DNA from: Candidatus Bathyarchaeia archaeon
Lineage (GTDB): Archaea > Thermoproteota > Bathyarchaeia > Bathyarchaeales > Bathycorpusculaceae
Direction: 5' to 3'
Assembly: GCA_049512075.1 (NCBI GenBank)
Contig: JBEKXL010000003.1
Location: forward strand, 96,001-160,000
DNA length: 64,000 nt
Made by a program: the position numbers and the translations under genes. Each line of letters opens with the position of its first letter. The stretch's first letter is position 1. The notes beneath the pieces were generated by a model. That model worked only from the letters and a program-made list of their open reading frames with translations, ran no database searches and was not told the DNA's origin. Positions 50,869 through 60,449 of the stretch are shown here, one piece after another.

Positions 50869-52299
50869 CTATGTGATGCTGCGGATGTTTTCCAGGACAC
50901 TGCCTAGACGGGAGACGTTCTTTATCGCGGTTCTGACGCGGTAGGGACTTTTAATCAGTCTAGCCATTTGCTTTGAAACAAAAGTTGGCCGTCGGGCAAA
51001 GTGGTAGAAGCCATCATGAATCATCCACCTTATTTCGCTGTAAGGCACTGCGGTGGGATATATCTCCGAAACTGCGATTCCTGTCTCCCAGTATTCGCCT
51101 CCTTTCAGAAGCCCCTTGGCTTCGCATTCGTCCCAGATATCAGTTCCAGGATAAACCCCCAGAATATTGAACTGCGGTACATCTATCGGAATTCTGTTTG
51201 CAAACTCTATCGTGTTTCGGATTTCTTCTCTGGTCTCATTAGGCGCCCCGACGATGAAAGATCCGACTATTATGTCAGCTCCCGCTTTTCTCGCTGTTCT
51301 TACAGCAGTTCTAGATTGTTCAGGCGTTATCCGTTTGTTGTAGTAGTCCAGAATTCTTTGATTGGCGCTTTCGATGCCGAAATAGAGGACCTTGCAGCCT
51401 GCTTTGGCAGTTTCCCAGAACATTTCATAAGAGCCATTGTCGACTCTTCCTTCGCATATCCACTCCATGTCCAGCTTTTCCCTTCTCATCTCTCTACAAA
51501 GCCTGATGACGTTCTTCGGGTTACCCGTGAAATTGTCATCCACAAAGATGAACTGCTTGTACCCCTCCGAAGCAAGAAAACGCAGTTCTTCCATAGTATT
51601 CTCGACGGATCTGGGTCTCCACCTGTTGTGAGCAAACTGTGTGCAACAACAGAATCGACATCTGTAGACGCAGCCGCGCGAAGAAACAACGCTGGTGAAC
51701 TTTCTCGGAGCTATGTTGGCTCCTGCCATTACTGAGTGGTAGTCTTCGCCGACCAGTGAACGATCTGGAAAAGGAAGGCCGTCCAAATCCTTTATCAAAG
51801 GACTGTCAGCCGTGGAGGCCACTCCGCCCTCGTTCCTGAAGCTGATTCCGAGAACATCCTTCAACCTTCCCTTGTTCTTGAGACAATCCACCAGGTCGAC
51901 GACTGTTCGTTCTCCTTCTCCACGCACGATGATGTCGACTAAAGGATACTTTCTCAGAACCCTTTCGGGATTGAATGTGGCGTAGTAGTTTCCGAAAACC
52001 ACGGTAAGGTTCGGATTTTCCTTTTTGACCTCAGCGCTTATCATCGCGGCGGTACGGCCGGAGGTTGCGAACGTTGAAAAACCAAGAATGTCAGGGTTCT
52101 CGGCCTTCACCCATTTCGCCGTCTCTTTCACTGTGAGGCCTTTCGCTGCCTGATCGAGCACGGAGACCTCAACACCGTTTTGCTCCAGCACTGCAGCCAG
52201 ATACAGGATTCCAAGAGGAGGCCAGGCGCCAAGGGATTTTTTCCTCTCGCGATCATCCAGATCTACGTTCGGACCAGCATTGACGAAAGAGAACTTCAT
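50869..52299 (-). CDS. B12-binding radical SAM protein
   Basis: PPLGILYLAA, GEGE, SRGCVYRCRFC, FVDDNF, GIESANQ. Confidence 0.92.
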   Translation of the reverse strand: MKFSFVNAGPNVDLDDRERKKSLGAWPPLGILYLAAVLEQNGVEVSVLDQAAKGLTVKETAKWVKAENPDILGFSTFATSGRTAAMISAEVKKENPNLTVVFGNYYATFNPERVLRKYPLVDIIVRGEGERTVVDLVDCLKNKGRLKDVLGISFRNEGGVASTADSPLIKDLDGLPFPDRSLVGEDYHSVMAGANIAPRKFTSVVSSRGCVYRCRFCCCTQFAHNRWRPRSVENTMEELRFLASEGYKQFIFVDDNFTGNPKNVIRLCREMRREKLDMEWICEGRVDNGSYEMFWETAKAGCKVLYFGIESANQRILDYYNKRITPEQSRTAVRTARKAGADIIVGSFIVGAPNETREEIRNTIEFANRIPIDVPQFNILGVYPGTDIWDECEAKGLLKGGEYWETGIAVSEIYPTAVPYSEIRWMIHDGFYHFARRPTFVSKQMARLIKSPYRVRTAIKNVSRLGSVLENIRSIT

Positions 52300-52381
52300 A
52301 CGTCCACCGTATTCCGCCTAAATCTTGGTTCAAGAGTATTTTCATTGATTTCATGTGCGAGCTTCTTCGCAACGGGCGCTC

Positions 52382-53239
52382 CTATCTCAGACTTTCCATG
52401 AGTGCCTGCATGCCGCTTGAAGCAAGAGTCAGCAACTCTAACGTTTTGTACGCGTCTGCCATGCTTTTGGCAGTGTACTCGACTCTTAAGCCGTCAATTC
52501 TCTTGATGCTGGTCAACAGTTCGGCAGCATCCGCAAATTGGCTTGCCAAGAAGTTTATCGCCATCCTCACGGGCTTCTTGGCGACCAACAGTCCGGCTTT
52601 GTCCTTTTTCTGAGCGGCGACTGCCTTTCTGACAGCTCTTCGCAGCTCCTTTTCAATACTGAGCATGCTCGCACTTTTTGCTGAAAGCCGGCTCATAGAG
52701 GTTTTCAGCGCAACGGTCTCAGCCCATGGCGCGGTTTTCTTGACATCATCCTCCAAGAGCTGGGCTTCACCAGCGACCAAAGCCACGGGAACGCCTAGCT
52801 CTCCGGCAACGTACGCGTTGAGGAGGAATTCACTAGCGGCTATTCCGTTTACTTCCACGCGGTTTATGCTCGCACCGCTGTAAGTGTGGTCAAACGTTGA
52901 CTTTGCAGTGCCGAATTTGGCGTGGTACCCAAGAAACATCGCTGTTTTGCAACCTTCTATCCCTGAGACCATGCTTAGCGGGCGAGGAAAACCTCTCACG
53001 ATCTCGACATACTCGGGCAAGTCGTCGATTAGAAGGTTAACCATAGGCCCGTGACTATCTGCAATGATGACTTTGTCAAAACCGTTTTTGCTCAGCTCAT
53101 CAGCCGCAATCAACGTGATTCTGGTGGCGATTCTCCTTGCCTCTTCATACAACGGGCCCTTCAGATTCAAGTGACCCGGGATGACGATGTAAGGCATGCC
53201 TTCGAGATCAACGGAAATGAAAGCCTTCATAGAAGCCAC
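52382..53239 (-). CDS. dppA: D-aminopeptidase (M55 family)
   Basis: ISVDLEG, DSHG, GYHA, HT, E motifs. Confidence 0.88.
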   Translation of the reverse strand: MASMKAFISVDLEGMPYIVIPGHLNLKGPLYEEARRIATRITLIAADELSKNGFDKVIIADSHGPMVNLLIDDLPEYVEIVRGFPRPLSMVSGIEGCKTAMFLGYHAKFGTAKSTFDHTYSGASINRVEVNGIAASEFLLNAYVAGELGVPVALVAGEAQLLEDDVKKTAPWAETVALKTSMSRLSAKSASMLSIEKELRRAVRKAVAAQKKDKAGLLVAKKPVRMAINFLASQFADAAELLTSIKRIDGLRVEYTAKSMADAYKTLELLTLASSGMQALMESLR

Positions 53240-53413
53240 TCATTACAGTTGTATAAGAATGTGATTTAAGAATTACTGTTCTCCGACAGCTCTTGCGATT
53301 GCGGACTTTCGAACACTCAGACGGCGGAAGCAGTTTGTCAAACCTGCAAAAAGATTCTTTTTTATATAAGCAGTGTGCGTAATAAATTCGGAGTATGCTG
53401 TGAAGGGATTTCG

Positions 53414-53842
53414 ATGGCAGGAATGTTGTCAGTTAGAGAAGTGATGACGCGCGATGTTAAGGTCGTAAGAGAAGACACGAGCATGCAAGAAGTAATTGCA
53501 ACCATGATGAAGTTTGACATAAGTAGCGTGGTTGTTGTCCAGAAGGAGAGGCCTATTGGACTGATAACTCATAAGGACATATTGACCAGAGTGCTTCAGC
53601 CAGAGCTCCTTCCCGCCACTTTGACCGCGAGAAACGTGATGTCGGCTAGCCTCGTCACCATAGGAGAAGAAGCCAGTCTGGAAGAGGCAGCAAGACTTAT
53701 GGTCAGAAAGGGCTTCAAGAAGCTGCTAGTAGTGCAAGACGGCAAGCTCGTCGGAATTATCACAAGCATGGATATTGCCAGAGAAGAGCCTAAACTAACA
53801 AAGCTCTTTGAGGAATTGCTGAAATACTGCCCAAAACGCTGA
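53414..53842 (+). CDS. CBS domain pair protein
   Basis: VREVMT...GLITHKD...GIITSMD. Confidence 0.9.
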   Translation: MAGMLSVREVMTRDVKVVREDTSMQEVIATMMKFDISSVVVVQKERPIGLITHKDILTRVLQPELLPATLTARNVMSASLVTIGEEASLEEAARLMVRKGFKKLLVVQDGKLVGIITSMDIAREEPKLTKLFEELLKYCPKR

Positions 53843-54060
53843 CAACGAAATTCAAGGTTCGGCGACAAGCAATTAACAAGAATATCGACAGTGCGCCCTG
53901 ACGGCTCGTTAGGCCAACTGGACTTGATCATCCATCCACATGCCCATCTATTTCTATAGGCTCCTGTTGTAACATAGCATTAACTGACATTATAACGAGG
54001 AGCGGGCCACCTTTGACGGGCGCGCGCTCAACTCCATGCCCTATGAAGTTGACGCAGGCT

Positions 54061-55509
54061 TCACTCAGTTGAAAGGCCATAATGTTCTTCGATCATGTGA
54101 TGGTACTGATCTACTGGCATGCTGGAGGCAACCGCTCTTTGCACAACTTCGCTTAGGGAGGGGTGAATGTGCATTCCTTCGACTATTGGCTCTGCACTCT
54201 GGGTAGGCGTGTACATGAGGTTTATTATCTCCTGGATAAGGACAGAGGCGTATGGTCCGATGATGTGTGCACCCAGGATCTTCGTTGTAGTCGACTCCAT
54301 TATGACCTTGACGAAAAAGTCTTTCACACCCATGGCCAATCCCTTGGCAGTGTCTTCGTAGCGTTGGATTCCAATCAGAACGTTGCTCTTGCCATACTTT
54401 TCTATCGCTTCTGTCTCTTTGAGTCCAACGCTGGCAATTTCCGGATAGGTGAAGACGGCGTTCGGCACCGCGTGATAGTCGACTTTGATTCGTTTCTTCT
54501 GCACAGCATTGTAGTACACGAGCAATGCTTCGTAGTTCGCCACGTGCTTGAAGAGGTATTTGCCGTCGGCATCCCCAAAGGCCCAAACGTTTGGCTGCGA
54601 CGTTTCCAAATATTCATTGACAATTATCCATCCCTTTTCGTCTGTTCTTATTCCAGCCCTTTCCGGATGAAGTATGTCCGTGTTTGGTGCCCTTCCTGAA
54701 GCGATCAATATTTCTTCAGCGGCTACCTCTGCTTCTTTCCCACTCTCTCTGTTGACAGCAACTAGTTTTTTCCTTCCAGCTGAAGTGTTCTCGACGCTGC
54801 GAACCTCATGGTTGGTCATTATCGTGATGTGCTTCTGCAGCTCTCTCTTTGCCAGTGCCGACACTTCGGGCTCTTCTTCTGGAATGAACTGCCGATTTCT
54901 GCCGATAACAGTGACTTTCGACCCCATGGCAGAAAAGAAATGGCCGTATTCTGCTGCGATGTATCCTCCGCCGATGATTGCTATACTCTGGGGGAGGCTG
55001 TCCATTTTGAGGATGGTGTCGCTTGTATGATATTTGATGTTTTCTAGGCCTTTTATTGCTGGGATTAGCGGTTTTGATCCAGTGCACAAAAAAATCATTT
55101 CTGACTTTATGGTTTCCTTTCCAACCTTCATAGTGTATGGTGCGACGAATTCGGCCACGCTGTTGTAGTAATCCAAGTTTTTGGTGTGGGTGAGCCCTTG
55201 CTTCATCGCGTTTATGTCTACATGAATCAGTTTTCTCATTCTCTCCATAACTGCTCGGAAATCCACGTTTTTCATGTCCACGGATATTCCAAACTCCTTG
55301 GCCCTTTCAATTGTCCTCACCATCTCGGCGGGGTACAGCAGGATTTTGGAGGGAATACAGCCTCGCGTCAGGCATATTCCGCCAGGCTCGTCCTTGTCTA
55401 TCACCGCAACCTTAAGGTCAGGGGTTTCTTGTTCCATAGCATTCACGATTTCCAGGGCAGATCCCGAGCCTATGACGATGAGATCGTATTCCTTCACTTC
55501 AATCACCAC
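54061..55509 (-). CDS. Dihydrolipoamide dehydrogenase / mycothione-reductase-like disulfide reductase
   Basis: GGICLTRGCIPSK, IIGGGYIAAE, KHVANYEA, HIHPSLSE. Confidence 0.85.
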   Translation of the reverse strand: MVIEVKEYDLIVIGSGSALEIVNAMEQETPDLKVAVIDKDEPGGICLTRGCIPSKILLYPAEMVRTIERAKEFGISVDMKNVDFRAVMERMRKLIHVDINAMKQGLTHTKNLDYYNSVAEFVAPYTMKVGKETIKSEMIFLCTGSKPLIPAIKGLENIKYHTSDTILKMDSLPQSIAIIGGGYIAAEYGHFFSAMGSKVTVIGRNRQFIPEEEPEVSALAKRELQKHITIMTNHEVRSVENTSAGRKKLVAVNRESGKEAEVAAEEILIASGRAPNTDILHPERAGIRTDEKGWIIVNEYLETSQPNVWAFGDADGKYLFKHVANYEALLVYYNAVQKKRIKVDYHAVPNAVFTYPEIASVGLKETEAIEKYGKSNVLIGIQRYEDTAKGLAMGVKDFFVKVIMESTTTKILGAHIIGPYASVLIQEIINLMYTPTQSAEPIVEGMHIHPSLSEVVQRAVASSMPVDQYHHMIEEHYGLSTE

Positions 55510-55747
55510 GAGCTTGTTTGGAGATTAGGAGTGAAAAATGTAATAAATGTGATTGTTGAACGCGCAACCCGCGCTTTCATTGCGTGCTCTTTACAACCGG
55601 GACCGGAACTGGCCCTGCACCACTGATTCTCAGTATTGATTTTGACTTCATAAGCGCTTTATCAAGAAAACCAGCATTAACGCACAGGCTCTCACGCTTC
55701 GATGTGAGAGCCCAATTTGTAACAGCAACAGTCAAGAGGACATTAAA

Positions 55748-56203
55748 GTGATTGTCAAAAACAGTTCAAAATACCCTTCCGACCAGGTTGAAAACCTCGT
55801 GAAATTCGCTCTGAAGAACGTTCCACATTCCGAAGAATTGGAAGTGCATGTGAAAAATAGCAAACACGCATTCTACGGACGAATCTTCGCAAGCGCAGAG
55901 GATTGTACATGCGACTGCAACGGCCAACGCTTCCTAATTGTAGTCAGGATAGGCAGGGCGAAACACTTCCCGTACCTTTCCGTCTATCCGGACCACAAAC
56001 GGTGCCAAAAGTACGCGGTAATGTTGAACGACTGGAAGGAAGCACTCGTGAAAGTCACGGCGCATGAAGGAATGCACCTGAGACAATGGATAGAGAAGAA
56101 ACCCATGTGGGAACACCAGGCAGAAAGGCACGCAATAATGATTCTGGGCAAGTACCGAGACACTGTCGTCGCTTGTGCGCCGCTACTGAGTCCCATTGAC
56201 TAG
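55748..56203 (+). CDS. Hypothetical protein with HEXXH zinc-metallopeptidase motif
   Basis: VTAHEGMHLRQ...EHQAE. Confidence 0.6.
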   Translation: MIVKNSSKYPSDQVENLVKFALKNVPHSEELEVHVKNSKHAFYGRIFASAEDCTCDCNGQRFLIVVRIGRAKHFPYLSVYPDHKRCQKYAVMLNDWKEALVKVTAHEGMHLRQWIEKKPMWEHQAERHAIMILGKYRDTVVACAPLLSPID

Positions 56204-56530
56204 ATAGGCGATCTTAGCGCGCATGTGTGTTCCTAGGTTCGATGTTTGAGTGTGATGAGGATGAGCAGCGTTCTTGTGTTGCGTGATTTGTGTGCGCGCG
56301 CAACGGGTGTAGGCCCCTCTATTTGAAGTTAAATATGACTTCTCGGTTCTGGGTGTGCGGCAGTGTGGATGGGTGGTCCTAAACTGGTGTAAAACGCTTT
56401 TTGTTCTTCTCTTGCCTGTTTGCGATTGATATGGCTTGTTTGAGGGGCAAATCTTGCGCGCGCTGTTAATCCAAGTATGCTGAAACACCTTTTGCATCAT
56501 AGCCCAGCAAAGTCGCTCCCCTTTTTCACT

Positions 56531-56647
56531 TGTAATGTCAGATGTAATGTGTACTGTTACAAACCATGGAGAAAATCAGGCTGGACTACTGTTCAGAGTG
56601 GACTCGGCCCTTTTATTTGTAATGTCAGATGTAATTTTCAATGTAAT
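56531..56647. repeat. Two clusters of 12-bp-phased TGTAAT boxes; TTGTAATGTCAGATGTAAT direct repeat
   Basis: TGTAAT at 56531, 56543, (TGTTAC 56555) and 56618, 56630, 56642. Confidence 0.6.
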
Positions 56648-56869
56648 AGACAGGGACGGTAGTGTTGCCCGCGGTACAAAGCCAGAACGGTTAGGTCTGG
56701 CAGGCTTACTTCGCCGTTGCCGTCTATGTCGCGCGCGCTGGTCATTAAACAGAAAAATAGCGTTTGAGGCGTGTGCTCTATGCTTTGCCGATTGCCTCCT
56801 TTGTGCAAGGTTTATTACTTCAATCACGAGTAACCAATAAGCCGTTGGCGATCTGAAGGAAGGCTGCAT

Positions 56870-58162
56870 ATGCGTACGTACGTTCACCGTCTGCCCGGCA
56901 TCGTTTTAACTGGCCATGAATTCAATGTGCCCTTTGATCACAGGCAGCCCGATGGCGAGATGATAAGCATCTTTGGACGCGAAGTGGTTGCGAGTGACAA
57001 GGAAAAGAGCGATTTGCCGTGGCTTGTCTTCTTTCAAGGTGGTCCCGGTATGGAAGCGCCGCGTCCTGAAAACAGCAGTGGCTGGCTGAAAAGAGCACTG
57101 CAAGAGTATCGTGTGTTTCTGCTTGATCAACGCGGGACAGGCCGCAGCACGCCCGTCAACTATCAGACGTTGGCGCGGTTCGCCACTGCTAGAGAGCAGG
57201 CTGAATACCTGAAGAATTTTCGCGCTGATTCAATCGTGCGAGACGCTGAATTGATTCGACGCGAATTGCTCGGAGAGGGTGGCCGCTGGAGTGTGCTGGG
57301 GCAGAGCTACGGGGGCTTCTGCGTGACGCATTATCTGTCCGTCGCGCCAGATGGACTGAAGGAGGCGATTATGACTGGTGGATTACCGCCGTTGAATCGG
57401 CCGCCCGACGACGTTTATCGCGCCACTTATCAGCGCGTCATTGACAAGAACAGACTTTACTACGAACGTTACCCCGATGACATCGGACGTGTGAGAGAAA
57501 TCGTCGACTATCTAGAGTCGCATGAGGTGAACTTGCCAGGTGGCGATAGACTGTCACCGAGACGGTTTCAGCAACTCGGCATAGCGTTCGGGATGAACAA
57601 CGGTTTCGAACAAGTTCACTACCTGCTCGAAAAAGCGTTCCTTCGCGACGCAGCTAATCTGCAGATAAGCTATGCTTTCCTGCGCGGCTTCGAAAACTCC
57701 CTCTCGTTTGAAACCAACCCAATCTACGCGATTCTGCACGAATCACTCTACTGCGAGGAAACCGCCTCCAACTGGTCAGCTGATCGCGTCCGACAAGAGT
57801 GCCCAGAATTTGAGATCACACGTGATCAACCTGTGTACTTCACGGGCGAGATGGTGTATCCATGGATGTTTGACGAGTACAAGTACCTGCGACCATTGAA
57901 AGAGGCGGCGGAGATTTTGGCGACGTACGACGGCTGGCCGAAGCTGTACGATAAATCGGTCTTGCAATCGAACACAGTTCCGTGCGCAGCCGCCATTTAC
58001 TACAACGACATGTACGTCGAGCGAACGCTCTCAGAGGAAACCGCAAAGAACATTCGCGGCATCAAGCTATGGGTCACCAGTGAATACTATCACAATGGCC
58101 TGCGCGCCGATGGTGAAAAAGTGCTGGGCCGCTTACTGGGCATGCTCCATGGAGAAAACTGA
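56870..58162 (+). CDS. Proline iminopeptidase (S33 alpha/beta hydrolase, bacterial long type)
   Basis: FQGGPG, DQRGTG, GQSYGG, DMYV, HNGLR. Confidence 0.88.
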   Translation: MRTYVHRLPGIVLTGHEFNVPFDHRQPDGEMISIFGREVVASDKEKSDLPWLVFFQGGPGMEAPRPENSSGWLKRALQEYRVFLLDQRGTGRSTPVNYQTLARFATAREQAEYLKNFRADSIVRDAELIRRELLGEGGRWSVLGQSYGGFCVTHYLSVAPDGLKEAIMTGGLPPLNRPPDDVYRATYQRVIDKNRLYYERYPDDIGRVREIVDYLESHEVNLPGGDRLSPRRFQQLGIAFGMNNGFEQVHYLLEKAFLRDAANLQISYAFLRGFENSLSFETNPIYAILHESLYCEETASNWSADRVRQECPEFEITRDQPVYFTGEMVYPWMFDEYKYLRPLKEAAEILATYDGWPKLYDKSVLQSNTVPCAAAIYYNDMYVERTLSEETAKNIRGIKLWVTSEYYHNGLRADGEKVLGRLLGMLHGEN

Positions 58163-58422
58163 TACGGCACTCAATTACATCGAAAAATATGCAAAGCTGT
58201 ATCGCGTGGTGACAGAAGCCAACAAGTCGGCCAAACATGTGTGTGAGTAGCGCTTTCAAAGATTGGGCAGACGCGTTGAATGGAGCGCTCTGACATTTGG
58301 GTTAAAGCTTGGCAAGCGCGTGGTGGCTGAATTTCAGTGTTTCAGAAAGAGATAAAATAGGCATGTTATGACGGTATAGTGTTGCCGAAGCTGTGGCTTG
58401 GGAATAAAGGCATGAGTCTGGA

Positions 58423-58683
58423 GTGAGCTGTTTGACTTCATTATTGTGCAGATTGGGGCTACACAAGTGGAAGAATTACGGAGAAGTTGTGAAGATTAGC
58501 TGGAAGGAGCCAGGGTTTGTTCCATCAACCACGGAGAAAATTGAAAAGTTTGTGCACTCGGAGAGGATGTGTTTGCGATGCGGAATAAAGGAGAGGAGAA
58601 GATTCGCTGAAAACCGAGATGGATCTCAAGCAGCAATAGGATGGGAAAGAATAAACAACGGAACACAGAATTCAACACAGTAA
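58423..58683 (+). CDS. Small Cys/His protein (DUF1660-like)
   Basis: LLCRLGLHKW...CLRCG. Confidence 0.6.
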   Translation: MSCLTSLLCRLGLHKWKNYGEVVKISWKEPGFVPSTTEKIEKFVHSERMCLRCGIKERRRFAENRDGSQAAIGWERINNGTQNSTQ

Positions 58684-58739
58684 GCGCGCCTCAAAGATGC
58701 ACACGTATTCTGTACAATAGTCGTGTTTTGCTCCTCTAC

Positions 58740-58940
58740 TTACATGACAGAGTTCCATACGTTCATCGAGTGTGTGGCAGGTTCTATGAGCGGCATGAAC
58801 TCTTCTCTGAATCTTATCATCGCATTGTCTTTTCGCATTCTCGCCCTCCATTTTTCAGCTTCCGCCAGGTCCTTGAACGCCATCATTTCAACATGCACAC
58901 CCGACAAGCTATCGAATGCTTGGCGATAGATTCTCCATGA
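58740..58940 (-). pseudogene. Probable 5'-truncated gene fragment
   Basis: Protein-like VEMMAFKDLAEAEKW...FMPLIEP...W begins right at the GAGCGCGCGCTC palindrome (58939-58950). Confidence 0.35.
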
Positions 58941-59012
58941 GCGCGCGCTCCGTTCCAAGTCATATTAATGATTTAATCAAGTTGTATCAATGATTTAAGC
59001 GTCCGCTATCAG

Positions 59013-60320
59013 GTGAGCGAGAAGCCAAAGAAAAGAGAGTTAAGATTCAAATACAGGAAAACCCACTTTTTTCGGCAATCGGAGAGGCTAGCGTTGTTCA
59101 ACGAGTACAGAGATATGCCGAAGGAGGCAAAGTACCTGATATACTCGTCGATATTTCCCTCCCTCGCATACGGGATGTTCTACACTGACCTATCATATTT
59201 TCTCACTACGGTTCAGGGGCTGTCCTACGAGTTGATGGGAACCGTGATAACCCTAATGGGAGTGTCTACGGTCATAGCCAGCATCCCGCTGGGAATAGCC
59301 GCCGACAAATACGGAAGAAAAAGATTCCTAGTACTGGGCAACGTGCTCGCGAGCAGCATAATCGCAGTTTTCGCTTTAACTACAAACCCTGCGTTGCTCG
59401 TGCTCGCTGCGATCGTTGAGGGAGTTTCTGAAGCGTCTTTTTCGGCTTCAACAAATGCTCTGCTTGCGGAGAAAGCTGGAGATACAAGGAGGAACAGCGC
59501 CTTCTCCCTAGCTGGCTTCGCGCAGGGTATAGCCTTCGGCGTGGGGAGTTTCATGATACCAGTTGTTGTGATATTCTCTGCATTCGGGCTTACGAGTGGG
59601 GAAAGCCACGTTCTGCTTTACGTAATACTGGCTGCCATCAGTCTGGCTTCAACGCTCATCATGCTCAAGATCAGCGAGTCGAAAAATCTGAAGAAAGCCC
59701 ACGCAGGCGTGAGGGAACTGCTTCCTAAGAAATCGATACGGGTCTTAATGAAATATGTGTTGACCAGTGCCATAATCGCCTTTGGGGCGGGCATGGTGGT
59801 CCCGCTGATGGCCGCTTGGCTTAAGGCTCAGTACGGTATTTCAGACGCGATAAGCGGTCCTATTCTGGGAGTTTCAAACATAGTGATTGGAGTAGCAACT
59901 TTGGCCGCGCCTCCGCTTGCCAGAAGAATCGGCATCGTCAAAGCCATCGTCGCAACCCAAGCATTCTCAACTATATTCATGTTTGCCACGCCATTATTCC
60001 CTGATTATGTCTCAGCCAGCGTGGTCTACACTTCCAGAAGCTTCCTGATGAACATGGCAAGCCCGCTTCAGCAGTCCATGATAATGGGACTAGTGGCAGA
60101 AGACGAGCGAGGCGCAGCCTCTGGAGTAAGCGCTGCCCTGTGGAGGTTGCCCAACGCCTTAAGCAGTTTCATCGGCGCCTATCTGATTGGCATAGGGCTA
60201 TTAGCAGCGCCCTTCTTCCTGGCTGCCGTCTTGTACATTGTTTCAATCGCGCTGTTCTGGTACTACTTCCGGAACACAAGAATGCCAGAAGAGGAGACTA
60301 CCAAAAACGTTGCTAATTAG
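59013..60320 (+). CDS. MFS transporter
   Basis: GIAADKYGRK, about 12 TM. Confidence 0.9.
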   Translation: MSEKPKKRELRFKYRKTHFFRQSERLALFNEYRDMPKEAKYLIYSSIFPSLAYGMFYTDLSYFLTTVQGLSYELMGTVITLMGVSTVIASIPLGIAADKYGRKRFLVLGNVLASSIIAVFALTTNPALLVLAAIVEGVSEASFSASTNALLAEKAGDTRRNSAFSLAGFAQGIAFGVGSFMIPVVVIFSAFGLTSGESHVLLYVILAAISLASTLIMLKISESKNLKKAHAGVRELLPKKSIRVLMKYVLTSAIIAFGAGMVVPLMAAWLKAQYGISDAISGPILGVSNIVIGVATLAAPPLARRIGIVKAIVATQAFSTIFMFATPLFPDYVSASVVYTSRSFLMNMASPLQQSMIMGLVAEDERGAASGVSAALWRLPNALSSFIGAYLIGIGLLAAPFFLAAVLYIVSIALFWYYFRNTRMPEEETTKNVAN

Positions 60321-60449
60321 CAGGTTTGAACAGCACACGCCCAAATTTCATCGGAGACGGCATCGTGGCCCACGCGAGCGTCACTAGGCGTTAAGATGGA
60401 AAGAAGAATGACAAAGCGAGTGAGTTGTGGAAAGGCAAAGCGCGAATGG

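Noticed and set aside
56183-56887. Short ORFs in the 56.2-56.9 kb spacer
   Set aside because: Compositionally biased, mutually overlapping, no family signal.
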